From assembly GCA_965222115.1 (NCBI GenBank), contig CBDCTJ010000007.1:2528001-2592000 (forward strand): a stretch of DNA of 64,000 nucleotides, in the 5' to 3' direction. The stretch is from Planctomycetota bacterium. Its GTDB lineage: Bacteria > Planctomycetota > PLA2 > JAEUHO01. The notes under the pieces are model-generated. The model worked only from the letters and a program-made list of their open reading frames with translations. It made no database searches and was not told the DNA's origin. Position 1 is the stretch's first letter. Every line of letters begins with the position of its first letter. Positions 9,349-19,706 of this stretch are shown here, in pieces. Made by a program: the position numbers and the translations under genes.

Positions 9349-11613
9349 TCACGAACGCGGTAGCGGCGGTGGGCGCGCCGCGAGGTATTGCCTAGGCCAC
9401 GGTTGCCGCTGATCGCGATATGCCGCACCGGCGGCAAGCGTCAGGTGTGGATTTAGGAGGTGAGGACGAGCTAGCGCACATAGATCCGCACGGCCCGCTC
9501 CTATCACCGTGTTGGCGTGGTCCCAGCCTTGAATACCACCCACCGCCATCACGGAAATGCCCACTTCGTGTCGAATGCGATCTGCAAAGGGAACTTGATA
9601 CATACGACCGTAGACCGGTTTCGAGCGTGGTGAGTTGCCCGCGCTGGAGACATCGATCAAGTCACAGCCTCGCGACTTGAGCGCGTGGGCAAGCGCAACG
9701 GATTCATCGACGGTCCACCCCTTGTTGCCAAGCCAATCAGTTGCCGAGATGCGGACCGCCAGCGGTCTGTCATCGGGCCAGACGTCGCGCACGGCATCAA
9801 AGACCTCTAGGGGATAGCGCATGCGGTTTTCGGTGGTGCCGCCGTATTCATCGTCGCGCCTGTTGGAAAGCGGCGAGAGAAAACTCGACAGGAGGTAGCC
9901 GTGGGCCATGTGTAGTTCAACGAGATCGAAACCCAGTCTCAGTGCACGTTGCGTGGATGCGACGAATTCATCCTTGACCGCGTCCCTATGCGCTCGTGTC
10001 ATGGCCGTGGGGACGTGCCAGCCTTCGTCAAAGGGAGTGGCCGATGGACCAATCGTCTCCCAGGCGTCGTCACCGCGAAGGGGCGCGTCACCGTCCCAAG
10101 GTAGCGCGCACGAACCTTTGCGACCCGCATGCGCGAGCTGGATGCCCATGGCTGTTGTGCTGTTTTCACGAATGAACCCGAGTACGCGTGCCCACGCGGC
10201 TTCTTGCTCGTCGGTATAGAGTCCCGCACACCCTTTCGTGATGCGTCCCTGTTCCGATACGTCGGTCATCTCGGTAATGACAAGGCCGGCGCCGCCGAGC
10301 GCTAGGCTTCCGAGGTGCACCAAGTGCCAGTCCGTTGGGCATCCGTTCACGGCCGAGTATTGGCACATGGGGGAAACAACGATGCGATTGGGCAGCGTTA
10401 GCTCTCGCAGTGCGTAGGGCGTAAGCGCCGGAACAGGCGCGTCTTCCTGATCCTTGTCAAACGAGACGCCCGCCTGATCGGCAAACCACGCCGTAGCCTG
10501 CTCAACCAGTTCTGGATCGCGCAAGGCAAGGTTGTCATACGTAATGCGCTTGGAGCGCGTCATGAGATTGAACATGAACTGCAGTGGATTTTGCTGCATG
10601 TATCGTTCACTGTTTTCAAACCACTCCAGGCTGGTTTGTGCAGCATGTTGAATGCGCTCGACTTGGTCCTTGCGTATGGATTCGTAGCGCGCCAAAGCAC
10701 CCGGTATGTCGTCGAGGCCACCGTCTTTGAGGGCATCCACGAGCACAATCGCGTCTTCCATCGCCAATTTTGTACCCGAGCCGATCGAGAAGTGTGCCGT
10801 GTGGGCCGCGTCACCCAAAATGACGACATGGTCGCGGTGCCACGTCTTACAGCGAATCGTAGGAAACGTCCGCCACATGCTCTTGTTGCACAGCACGGGG
10901 TGGCCGTCCAAGTCATCTCGAAACAACGCTTCGACGTAGGCAACCGTGTCCTCGTCCGTGGCGGTGTCGAGCCCGGCACGTTTCCAGGTCGTCTCCGTAC
11001 ACTCCACGATGAACGTGCTGAGATTTGGCTCAAACGGGTAGGCGTGAACCTGAAACAGCCCATGTTCGTTTGCTCGGAACAGGAACGTAAACGCGCTGAG
11101 GGGTTTGGTTGTGCCCAACCAACTAAACTTGCATTTGCGCCAATCGAGATCGGGTTGAAAGTGCTCGGGATAGGCGTCCCGCACAACGCTGTGAATGCCA
11201 TCGCCGGCTACGACAAGGTCGGCGGTGGGAAGTGCTTCGAGTGATTCGACGCGTGTCTCGTAGTCAATCGTGGCGCCCAATGCCTCGGCACGCGTGCGCA
11301 GAATGTCCAGGAGCGTGCGACGCGCCAAGCCGCAGAAGCCATGTCCCGTGGAGCGAATACAGCGCTCCCCGATATAGGTCTCGATGTCGGTCCAATACGC
11401 AAAGGCGTTTTCAATGCTGGCGAACGACTCGGGATCCGCTTCGCGCAGGCCATCCAAGGTCTCGTCCGAGAACACGACGCCCCAACCAAAGGTGTCGCCG
11501 CGCGGGTTCTGCTCGCGAAGATGAACGCGAACATCGGGAAACGCCTTGCGCATGAGAATCGCGAAATAGAGCGAGGCGGGTCCGGCGCCGATGCACTCAA
11601 CAGATTTCGCCAT
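9349..11613 (-). CDS. Bifunctional salicylyl-CoA 5-hydroxylase / anthraniloyl-CoA monooxygenase-reductase (FAD monooxygenase + OYE-like domain)
   Basis: IGAGPASLY, DTFGWGVVFSD and GDAAHTAHFSIGSGTKLAMED in the first domain; NRIVVSPMCQYSA and HMAHGYLLSSFLSPLSNRRDDEYGG in the second. Confidence 0.93.
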   Translation of the reverse strand: MAKSVECIGAGPASLYFAILMRKAFPDVRVHLREQNPRGDTFGWGVVFSDETLDGLREADPESFASIENAFAYWTDIETYIGERCIRSTGHGFCGLARRTLLDILRTRAEALGATIDYETRVESLEALPTADLVVAGDGIHSVVRDAYPEHFQPDLDWRKCKFSWLGTTKPLSAFTFLFRANEHGLFQVHAYPFEPNLSTFIVECTETTWKRAGLDTATDEDTVAYVEALFRDDLDGHPVLCNKSMWRTFPTIRCKTWHRDHVVILGDAAHTAHFSIGSGTKLAMEDAIVLVDALKDGGLDDIPGALARYESIRKDQVERIQHAAQTSLEWFENSERYMQQNPLQFMFNLMTRSKRITYDNLALRDPELVEQATAWFADQAGVSFDKDQEDAPVPALTPYALRELTLPNRIVVSPMCQYSAVNGCPTDWHLVHLGSLALGGAGLVITEMTDVSEQGRITKGCAGLYTDEQEAAWARVLGFIRENSTTAMGIQLAHAGRKGSCALPWDGDAPLRGDDAWETIGPSATPFDEGWHVPTAMTRAHRDAVKDEFVASTQRALRLGFDLVELHMAHGYLLSSFLSPLSNRRDDEYGGTTENRMRYPLEVFDAVRDVWPDDRPLAVRISATDWLGNKGWTVDESVALAHALKSRGCDLIDVSSAGNSPRSKPVYGRMYQVPFADRIRHEVGISVMAVGGIQGWDHANTVIGAGRADLCALARPHLLNPHLTLAAGAAYRDQRQPWPRQYLAARPPPLPRS

Positions 11614-11807
11614 CGGGGTTCCTTTCGGGGTGGGGTGCAGGCGGCCAATCAAAACGTGCCGGAAGTCCTGCAGCGCGGCAAGCCCTGCCGGAGGTCAATT
11701 TGTTGTTTCCAGCCCGAACTTTGCGCCAACCCTCGCTACGGGTTCCCGGCCACCCAGGCGCCCGCGTAGCATGGCGCGACCATTAGATTCGTGTCGGAGG
11801 ACTGCCC

Positions 11808-13415
11808 GTGTTCGGACTTCACAAGCGTTCAAATTTTGGCGTTCGGTATGCGCTCGGTGCCGTCTTGGTGCTCGCCATTGCCACGACGTCGTGGGCAAAG
11901 AGTGCCCAGTCCACCGATGATACGCCCGCCAAATCGGTTGCAGCAACTACGCAATCCATCGCCGACACCACCACGGCAACGGGTTGGCTTGTTCCAAAGG
12001 ATCCCGAAAAGGTCAAGGTCGAACTCAAGCAGTATTCCGGCAAGCTTGAAGTCATCGAAGCGCACCCCGAGGGTCCCGTCAAAGCGGGCGATGTATTGGT
12101 TCGCTTCGACACCGAGGACATTGACAAGGCGATTGAGAAGGCCGAACGAGCCACCGCCCTCTCCAAGATCAAGATGCAAGAGGCCGAGATCAACTTGGCC
12201 CACGCGCGTGCCACGGCCGAACGAGCGTTCAAGTGGGCGGAGCGCAACCACCGCATTTATAAGGACAACTACGATCGCTACCTCGAAGTCGAACGCGCGA
12301 TTCGCGAGGAGTCCGAAGATTTGAGCTTCCAGTGGGACATCGATTCGCTTAATGATCAGCGCGAAGAATTCGAGCAGCTTGAAAAGATGTACAAGGATGA
12401 CGACCTCACGGAAGAGACGGAGGAGATCGTGCTGCGCCGTACGGCACGGCGTTTGGCGCGGAGTGAGCGTTATTTCGAGTTCTCGAAGATCCGACATGAG
12501 CACTGGAAAAAGACGTATATGGACCGCGAGCTGGAGCGCCGGCGTTACAACTTGGAAAATGCCGAAGCAACGATGGAGAAGAAGCGCAAAACGTGGCGCT
12601 TTGCAGTTGAGCGCCAGGAGATTGGCATTGTCGATGTGCGCGAAGGGCACGAAGAAACGCTGAAGAAGTTGACGGAACTTCGTAAGGATCTCGACCTGCT
12701 GGTGGTCAAGGCGCCGGTATCAGGATTCGCCGTACCTGCCGCATTTTCGGGAACCAAATGGAGCGGCCGCGCCGATCGAGCGGATCGCTACCGTCCCGAG
12801 GACAAGCTCAAGGCGGGCAGCGTGATCTATACGATTTTGCCCACATGGACCGTACGTGTGCGCTGCACGGTAAAAGACGAAGATATCGATGGCATCGAGG
12901 TTGGGTCGCCGGCCTATGTTGAACGCACGAGCACGTGCAAGGGCGAGGGCATGATTGAGGGCAAGATTACCTATGTCTCGCCCCTGCCGTCCGATGGCAA
13001 GTACGTGGTGTGGGTCAAGTTGCCGCAGGAGATTGATGGACTGCGTCCCGGTCAGAAGACCAAGGTCGAACTACCCACATCGGAGATGCGGGAGGCTATC
13101 TGCGTCCCCAAGGACTGCCTCCGTGAGAAAAAGAAGAAGCACTTCGTGTATCCCATCGGCAATGACAAGGGCGTGGAAGTCGAGGTAGGAGCCCGCATGA
13201 ACGGGCTGGTGGAGATCGAGAGCGGGCTTGAGGAAGGGCAAGAACTGCAGGCGAAGCCGCCCAAGGAGGCCAAGAAAGAAAAGAAGAAGAAGGACGACAC
13301 CAAAGAAGAGAAAGACGAGAAGAAAGAAGAAAAGCAGGACAGCGAAAAGAAGGACGACAAGAAAAAGGACGACGCGGGCGATGAGTCCGCTGACGACAAG
13401 AAAAAGAGCAAGTAG
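11808..13415 (+). CDS. HlyD-like periplasmic adaptor (membrane fusion protein) with long coiled coil and Lys/Asp/Glu-rich tail
   Basis: Signal peptide; lipoyl half-motifs VKAGDVLVRFD and VVKAPVSG; LRPGQ; VEIESGLEEGQ. Confidence 0.75.
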   Translation: MFGLHKRSNFGVRYALGAVLVLAIATTSWAKSAQSTDDTPAKSVAATTQSIADTTTATGWLVPKDPEKVKVELKQYSGKLEVIEAHPEGPVKAGDVLVRFDTEDIDKAIEKAERATALSKIKMQEAEINLAHARATAERAFKWAERNHRIYKDNYDRYLEVERAIREESEDLSFQWDIDSLNDQREEFEQLEKMYKDDDLTEETEEIVLRRTARRLARSERYFEFSKIRHEHWKKTYMDRELERRRYNLENAEATMEKKRKTWRFAVERQEIGIVDVREGHEETLKKLTELRKDLDLLVVKAPVSGFAVPAAFSGTKWSGRADRADRYRPEDKLKAGSVIYTILPTWTVRVRCTVKDEDIDGIEVGSPAYVERTSTCKGEGMIEGKITYVSPLPSDGKYVVWVKLPQEIDGLRPGQKTKVELPTSEMREAICVPKDCLREKKKKHFVYPIGNDKGVEVEVGARMNGLVEIESGLEEGQELQAKPPKEAKKEKKKKDDTKEEKDEKKEEKQDSEKKDDKKKDDAGDESADDKKKSK

Positions 13416-13419
13416 CGTC

Positions 13420-14712
13420 GTGTCCTTGCGACAGCTCACCCTGGCTGCAGCGCTGGTTATCGTCTTCGCCGCACCGGCGGGCGCTCAGGAACCCTCCGAG
13501 GGCGCGAATGCGAAGCGTGCGACACCTGAAAAGGGTGTCGATACGAAATCGAAGGAAGCGCCCAAGCCCTTGAAGGCGCCACCTCCGCTCGAGGCAGATG
13601 CGATTCGCGCAAGCATTAAGCGCGGCGTTGCGTTTCTCGTGAAGAATCAAAAGAAGCACGGTGGATGGGGATCACCGGCCACGAACCTTTGGGACATTTA
13701 CTCGCCAGCACCCGGCTCACAACGCTCCTATATGGTGGCGTCGTCTGCGTTGGCACTCTCGGCGCTCCTCAAGTACGGCGGAGATTCAAAGGACGTGCGC
13801 GCCGCCATCGATCGAGGAACCGCATATCTGCTCAAGCGCTATGCCGTGCGCCGCATCCGTGCCGACACGCTCTACAACACGTGGGCACTTGCCTATGCCT
13901 TGGAGGCGTTCGCGAGATTGCTCGACGAGGATCTTGAGCCCGAGCGAAGGATAGCCGTTCGCAAGGCTGCGAAGGGTTGCGTGGCCATGCTTCGTCGCTT
14001 CAAGTTTGTGGAGGGCGGCTGGGGCTATTACAACTTCGAAGAGATGACCAAGGACCCCGGGCCGGGATCCGTGTGTTTCACAACGGCCACGGTGTTGATT
14101 GCCATGCATATGGCGTCCAAGCACAAGATTCGGATCGATCCCAAGCTTGTCAAAGGGGCCATGAAGGTCATTACGCTTAGCAAGCGACCTGACAACGCCT
14201 TCGTCTACGGTCTCTATCTACTCTACGCCCAAACGATGGGCATCAACAAGGTGAAGGGGAGCCTTGCGCGCACGCCACCTTGTTTGCTGGCTATGGAGCT
14301 GTGGGGCGAAGACGTACCGCAGAAGAATATGCAAAAGGCGCTCGACGATCTAGAGCGCCACGGCCACTTCCTTCGCATTGCACGCAAGTATCCGTATCCC
14401 CACGAGAGTTGGTACGCGAACTCAGGCTATTTCTGTCTCTACGGCTATTACTACGCCGCCATGTGTTTGCCTTACTTGCCTGTCAAAGAACGCAGAGCTC
14501 ACGCAGCGCGGATCGCTAAGCACATGCGCAAAATGCAAGAGCGCGACGGGTCCACATGGGACTATCAGTTGCAAAACTGTCACAAGTATTACGGCACCGG
14601 CTACGCGATCCTCACGCTTGGCATGTGCTTGGACCATGGCCTCGGCAAGGCAAGCGGCAGCCGAGGTGACGAGGCCTCAGATAAGGCAAAGGCCGTCGCT
14701 CCCGGAAAGTGA
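13420..14712 (+). CDS. Exported prenyltransferase/squalene-cyclase-repeat (alpha/alpha toroid) protein
   Basis: Signal peptide; RGVAFLVKNQKKHGGWG, EGGWGYY and QERDGSTWD QW-type repeats. Confidence 0.7.
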   Translation: MSLRQLTLAAALVIVFAAPAGAQEPSEGANAKRATPEKGVDTKSKEAPKPLKAPPPLEADAIRASIKRGVAFLVKNQKKHGGWGSPATNLWDIYSPAPGSQRSYMVASSALALSALLKYGGDSKDVRAAIDRGTAYLLKRYAVRRIRADTLYNTWALAYALEAFARLLDEDLEPERRIAVRKAAKGCVAMLRRFKFVEGGWGYYNFEEMTKDPGPGSVCFTTATVLIAMHMASKHKIRIDPKLVKGAMKVITLSKRPDNAFVYGLYLLYAQTMGINKVKGSLARTPPCLLAMELWGEDVPQKNMQKALDDLERHGHFLRIARKYPYPHESWYANSGYFCLYGYYYAAMCLPYLPVKERRAHAARIAKHMRKMQERDGSTWDYQLQNCHKYYGTGYAILTLGMCLDHGLGKASGSRGDEASDKAKAVAPGK

Positions 14713-15536
14713 ATTTGATTCGCGAGGAACGCATCGACGAGGCCACGGATGAGCGCGTAGCAATCTACCGCATTGTTCGAGACCCCGAACTTGTGCGAAC
14801 AAGCGATGCGTTTCTTGCCGAGGGACGTCTCGTTGTACGCGCACTAATTGCGAATCGCCCGGAACTGATGCAAAGCCTCTTGGTGACACCCGCCGGTAAG
14901 AAGGCGCTGGGCGGTCTCGAATCGACGCTGCCTCCGCACGTGCCGGTCTACCTCGTCGAGCCTGAGGTGATGACGGCGATCGGCGGTATTCGTTTTCATC
15001 AGGGCTGCATTGCTGCCGCGCGTCGTCCCGCGCTGCCCACGCCCATGTCGTTCTTCGCATCTCAGCCAGTCACGAGGCGCTTGGTCTACTTGGATGGAGT
15101 CGGCAATCCGGACAATGTAGGGACCGTGATCCGTAGTGCCCTCGCTCTCGGCGCCACCGGTTTGATCATGGGACCCAAGTGCGCGAGCCCGCTCTATCGC
15201 AAAGCGCTGCGCGCATCGATGGGTGCGGCGTTGCGCTTACCGTGGACCGTCGCGGCGTCCCATGAACACGCGATCGCAGCGCTTCATAGCGCCAACATTC
15301 GCCTATTGGCCCTAACGACGTCAGACGATGCGGTACCGCTCGACTCGTTCGCGGCAACGCTAGCCACGGAAGAAAAATGGTGTTTGGCGGTGGGCTCCGA
15401 GCACGACGGCCTGTCGCCCGCCATTGAATCGGCTGCAGATGCCAAGATTGTGATCCCCATGCACGCCGAAACGGACTCCATCAACTTGGCGGCTGCTGCT
15501 GCGATCGCGTTGTATCGGCTAACTCAAAAACGATGA
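14709..15536 (+). CDS. TrmH/SpoU family RNA methyltransferase
   Basis: FLAEG, HQGC, GNPDNVGTVIRSA, RASMGA, VGSEHDGL and IPM...DSINLAAA SPOUT motifs. Confidence 0.92.
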   Translation: MNLIREERIDEATDERVAIYRIVRDPELVRTSDAFLAEGRLVVRALIANRPELMQSLLVTPAGKKALGGLESTLPPHVPVYLVEPEVMTAIGGIRFHQGCIAAARRPALPTPMSFFASQPVTRRLVYLDGVGNPDNVGTVIRSALALGATGLIMGPKCASPLYRKALRASMGAALRLPWTVAASHEHAIAALHSANIRLLALTTSDDAVPLDSFAATLATEEKWCLAVGSEHDGLSPAIESAADAKIVIPMHAETDSINLAAAAAIALYRLTQKR

Positions 15537-16148
15537 TGGATATGAACCAGCACTGTGTACTCGATGCACTTTCTTGTTCGTCGGACGTGGGTCCATCTCA
15601 CGCAGAGACGCTGAGTTGCAGAGACGCAGAGAGAATACGTGCCGTTCACTGGTTCGATTGAACTTGAATGTGTGCTGCTCGTCGCCGCGACTGACAGTAA
15701 ACCGCGCACGTTTGTCGTCCACATCCACTCGTACCAACTTCACGTCTCGATCAGGGTTGTCGGTGCCAATGCAATAGGCGATGTCGTGGGCTGGATCTTT
15801 ACAGCGAAGAGTCAGCGTAGTTCCGGATGCGCCATGTATCCACATGGAGATGCTAAAGACGCGTAGTGGGGGGATAGTTGGCGTGATTAGTTGCTGGTTT
15901 CTCGACGTAGCCGCTCGCGCTGAATACGGGTGCTTCCGTTCAACGAGATGGAGCAACGTATTGTCGGTTGATTTTGTTGCCAATGCTGGCGCCTCCACGT
16001 GAGGTCGAATCCATGTAAATGGCTCTTGCAACGCGCGCTGCTTGTTGCTTACGAACTCAATAGACATGATGATCGCTGCAACTGCTGCGGGAATACAAGC
16101 CGTCCAAATTAGTCGACGCAGGCGGTGCGGTAGTGGGCGGCCGGGCAT
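15519..16148 (-). CDS. Hypothetical protein with N-terminal TM segment
   Basis: 209-aa ORF with hydrophobic N-terminus in a lower-GC region at the edge of the Rhs island; no family recognised. Confidence 0.35.
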   Translation of the reverse strand: MPGRPLPHRLRRLIWTACIPAAVAAIIMSIEFVSNKQRALQEPFTWIRPHVEAPALATKSTDNTLLHLVERKHPYSARAATSRNQQLITPTIPPLRVFSISMWIHGASGTTLTLRCKDPAHDIAYCIGTDNPDRDVKLVRVDVDDKRARFTVSRGDEQHTFKFNRTSERHVFSLRLCNSASLREMDPRPTNKKVHRVHSAGSYPSSFLS

Positions 16149-16347
16149 TTCTTTACTTGTAAGTGTTTCGCCAAACCCGCCTTGTGCTTGCGCTAGTTCT
16201 TGCTTTACTTTACATTGACGAGGCGATACGCGCAGGCGTCATTGAGTTGCTGAGAATGTGGATCTGGTCCCGACGCCGTATCCCCGAGCGCTATAAAAGA
16301 GTGTGAATTCGTTCCTGGCACCGTATTCCCCGTATCTCCACCGTATC

Positions 16348-17652
16348 TCACCACCGCCATCCGGCAGGGACGGGCTCCACCCACTTTGCTATGTGTCTTC
16401 GCCTCTCTTTATCGTCCATGCTCCAGGTACCAGACGGCGCTGAAACTAAAATCCCCCGTTCCGCCAATGCAGTCACGGTCGCGTTCCCCTCTGATATCTG
16501 TGCACGACTCAGATCCAGAACTCGGAGGCTAGGGCTCTGGGCAAGTGCACCCAACCCATCAATTGGCACACTTGAGCGGACTAACACCGCTCGTAGTCGC
16601 GGCATTTCTGCGACGCACCTCCAAAACGACGACGGGGCCAACTGGCACCGATTGAGGGCCAGGTAGCGTAGATCGACAAAGCGCCGCAGAGCATCGCCGA
16701 CACTTTGGTCCGCCTGAACCAGTCCGTCCAAACAAATCGCTTGAAGGGGCGATCCATCAGCGGAGGATGAGATGGCGCGCGTGTCGCTCGGACCCATGCG
16801 GGGGGACCGCAATGCAAGTGCGCGGATCGCTCCATTGGAGATTGCCGCCTTCAGCGTCTCGCGGCCCATGCGCCCCTGGATCCAAAGGTCCAGCCACACT
16901 GCCTGTCCGGAGTCGATCAGGCCGGGATCTGCCTCGTAGCCTCGTAGCTCCAACCCACGAAGAGTCATAGCACGATCATGACGCCCTTCAATGCGCGGCC
17001 ACCTCTTACCACTCAATCCTGACAGGCCATCGACACGAAGTGACTCAAGACGGTCAGAGTATAGAAGTTCATCGATCCAGACGCTGCGAGTGCGCGCTCC
17101 CCCAATCACCCGGAGGTGCCGCAGCCGCGGCAACCGTACGACGCTTCTGAGGAAGGTCGGGTTGGGTTGCACTGCCTCGATGGTCATCCAGACAAGCGAG
17201 GGCAATGGCGGCAGGGTGGCAGCGCTTTCCTCTCGAAAGTTCTCGCAGTTTTCGGATGAGAATATCTCCAATTGGTCAAGTCCATCTAGCCAACCCAGAT
17301 TTCGGACTACGTCACCTCCCGCGCCTCGAAGATGCAGGATACGAAGGTCCTCGAACTGCGAGACGATTCGGAGATCATCGGCACTTCGAATCGAGAATGC
17401 ACTCACTGACAAGCTGCGTACGCCAGGGAACGAAGAACTTGGCAGGCTACTTAGGCGCACTACTGCTGCCGAGTCCATAGTCAGGTGTACGGGCCCGCTC
17501 ATCTCTCTCAGGGCCGCCGAGAGGTGTTGGTCTGCGGGAATCACGGTCTCCATGCCGTCCTGATCACCCATCTCGAGATCGCTTGGATCTCTAGTGGCTA
17601 CTACAGCTACGGAGTGTTCCGGTATGTCGGTGTAGCGGAACTCAGGAAGCAT
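16348..17652 (-). CDS. Leucine-rich-repeat protein, putative immunity/partner of the orphan Rhs C-terminus
   Basis: Repeated LxxLxL motifs (LRILHL, LRHLRV, LESLRV, LRYLAL, LRVLDL); starts 14 bp after the orphan Rhs stop. Confidence 0.6.
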   Translation of the reverse strand: MLPEFRYTDIPEHSVAVVATRDPSDLEMGDQDGMETVIPADQHLSAALREMSGPVHLTMDSAAVVRLSSLPSSSFPGVRSLSVSAFSIRSADDLRIVSQFEDLRILHLRGAGGDVVRNLGWLDGLDQLEIFSSENCENFREESAATLPPLPSLVWMTIEAVQPNPTFLRSVVRLPRLRHLRVIGGARTRSVWIDELLYSDRLESLRVDGLSGLSGKRWPRIEGRHDRAMTLRGLELRGYEADPGLIDSGQAVWLDLWIQGRMGRETLKAAISNGAIRALALRSPRMGPSDTRAISSSADGSPLQAICLDGLVQADQSVGDALRRFVDLRYLALNRCQLAPSSFWRCVAEMPRLRAVLVRSSVPIDGLGALAQSPSLRVLDLSRAQISEGNATVTALAERGILVSAPSGTWSMDDKERRRHIAKWVEPVPAGWRW

Positions 17653-17666
17653 TCTATTGCCCCACC

Positions 17667-19454
17667 CTATGGGAAGCGCACTGGATCGCTTGAGGTCGCG
17701 CCCTTATGTGCCTTCTTGCGCTTGGCAAGCGATGCGCCTTCTTTGTCCTTGTTCCTTGGCGCTCCCTCGTATTCCGGGCGTTTCGGCTTCCCATTCTTGT
17801 GCCGCTCCTCTTTACCTTCATTGTCTCTCTTCCGGTCCTTCTTGGGATTGTACGGGTCTCTGTCCTGATCGCTGGATTCGTGAGCGCCCCCGTATCGTTC
17901 CTCGATCTCCTCCTCGACCTTGGGCTTGGGCTTGGGCTTGTCTTGCTCTCCTCCCTCGCTCTCCGGCGCCGGAGTGGTGTAGACCACTTTAACCTTGCCC
18001 ATGTTTACGCTATACTTCGTCGTAGACCCGTCCGAGTGAATCACTCGGACATAGATTCGCCGACTCCAGCCGCATTTCTTCGCATCTTTGTCCTTAACTC
18101 GATCCTCTCCGACCTGCACCCAGTCCTCGTTCGGCCCCAATAACCCCATCGCTTTTAGAGCCTCCGTGATTGAATCGTGGCCGTTCTCCACACCGTTATC
18201 GATCTCATCCTGATGAGGCTGGCTGTCGTCAGCCTCATCATCCTCGCCCTCTTCCCCGCTAGGATCGCGGTATCGTCCAGGAGAACTCGATACGTATTCG
18301 TACGCCGAGAGCCCATCCACATACCCCAACGGATCCCTTTGCAAGAATCGTCCCGCCTCGGGGTCATACGCCCTGGCGCGATAGTGGTACATGCCCGATG
18401 CTGCGTCGAACTCCCGCCCTGTAAACAGGAACGGATTTCCCACGTAACTCGACCCCTGCGTCGTTCCCGCCGAGTTCCGAACGGTCGCCTTCCCATAGAC
18501 GTCATACGTCACCCACTCAACCACGCCGCCACCGGGCGCTGAGATTTCGCTCACATTCCCAAGCGCGTTCTGGTGATAGGTGAACCTCAGAATCTCCGAC
18601 GTATTGCTGTCCCCATCCACATCCGAGATGTCCGCCCGGTCCATCGCCCGCGGGTGGTCAATACGGTCTTCATGGAAGTAACGCGCAAGCCAGGTGTTGT
18701 TCCCGTCAAACTCCTCAACAATGTCCTGGCCATCGAGAATGTAGCGCGTCGTGACCGCACCGGACACTACGTGCTTCTCAACTCGCCGGCCCAAGGCGTC
18801 GTATTTGTACTTCGCTACAACCGTGCTCGATCCACTGACGCGCACCTCGACCAAGCGATTCTTGTAATCGTAATGATACGTCTGCGTGCCGTCGTCGGTG
18901 AGATTGCCGTTGCTATCGTGCGTGCGGGAGGTGCCGCCGATCGCCGTATACTCATTCATTGCGTTGAACGAGTAGCTAACCGTTGTGGCCGAGCCGCCCC
19001 ATGGAGTCTGCTGCGTTTGGCTGCGGTTACCCAGGCCATCAAGCGTGTAAATCTGCTTGGTGACGTAGGTCTGCGAACCGGGCGTGGCCACCTCCGTCGT
19101 GGGATTGGTTACGTCGTAGCGCGTGTCCACCATGCGGTAAGCCATGTCGTACGCATAGACATCGCCCTTGCCGTTTCGAGCGTTTAAGAATGGCTGGATC
19201 CCGGTCGGCAACGAATTGATCCACGTGGAGTTGAACGAATTCTTCTCCATCCGACGGTTGTGGACTTTGTCATACAGATAGTCAAACGTGTGAAAGCTCT
19301 GCGACGAGCTGTTCTTGTGATCGAGCTGCGAGAGACGCGCAAAGCCGTCGTACCCGTGGTCCGTTGTGGTCGCGTTCTGGTTGGTCGTCTTGGCGAGGCG
19401 GCCGGCGCCCTGGAAGGTGAAACTCGCGATGTTGGTGGACGCAGCCGCATTCAC
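17667..19454 (-). CDS. Orphan Rhs module (partial core + alternative C-terminal domain)
   Basis: ~395 aa nearly identical to the 3' core of 21427..27681; YHYRARAYDPEAGRFLQRDPLG...DPSG followed by an unrelated ~195-aa CT; N-terminus is truncated. Confidence 0.9.
   Translation of the reverse strand: MNAAASTNIASFTFQGAGRLAKTTNQNATTTDHGYDGFARLSQLDHKNSSSQSFHTFDYLYDKVHNRRMEKNSFNSTWINSLPTGIQPFLNARNGKGDVYAYDMAYRMVDTRYDVTNPTTEVATPGSQTYVTKQIYTLDGLGNRSQTQQTPWGGSATTVSYSFNAMNEYTAIGGTSRTHDSNGNLTDDGTQTYHYDYKNRLVEVRVSGSSTVVAKYKYDALGRRVEKHVVSGAVTTRYILDGQDIVEEFDGNNTWLARYFHEDRIDHPRAMDRADISDVDGDSNTSEILRFTYHQNALGNVSEISAPGGGVVEWVTYDVYGKATVRNSAGTTQGSSYVGNPFLFTGREFDAASGMYHYRARAYDPEAGRFLQRDPLGYVDGLSAYEYVSSSPGRYRDPSGEEGEDDEADDSQPHQDEIDNGVENGHDSITEALKAMGLLGPNEDWVQVGEDRVKDKDAKKCGWSRRIYVRVIHSDGSTTKYSVNMGKVKVVYTTPAPESEGGEQDKPKPKPKVEEEIEERYGGAHESSDQDRDPYNPKKDRKRDNEGKEERHKNGKPKRPEYEGAPRNKDKEGASLAKRKKAHKGATSSDPVRFP
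18314..19448 (-). repeat. Direct repeat of the Rhs core 3' region (second copy at ~22146..23279)
   Basis: Read-by-eye alignment shows long identical tracts (e.g. 19153..19358 = 22985..23190) interspersed with mostly synonymous differences. Confidence 0.9.
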
Positions 19455-19542
19455 CCGGTTGGAAGATGCAAGAACGCATGTTTGCAGGCGAGACTTAAGT
19501 CACGAACTTGGTGGGAAAAAACGCGGCACGGTATTCGCAAGT

Positions 19543-19655
19543 TTGTGACAGCCCAATCTCACCAACATCATTTCTTTTCCTGCCGTCCGCGCCCTCTTAG
19601 GGGCGGCAGGACAAGAAATCACCAAATCACGACCCACACAAAGAGCAGTAGAGCC
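19543..19655 (-). mobile_element. Remnant of an ISL3 left end (IRL + subterminal hairpin), inverted relative to the intact copy
   Basis: 19631..19655 is the exact reverse complement of IRL 29138..29162; the hairpin segment matches 29173..29229; no transposase follows. Confidence 0.85.
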
Positions 19656-19706
19656 AAAATTTCTGACACTTCCGTACACCGTATCTCGGTATCCTGCGCA
19701 TCGAAT

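Noticed and set aside
13260-13415. AAG/GAC-rich tract as a repeat element
   Set aside because: It encodes the Lys/Glu/Asp-rich tail of the adaptor protein.
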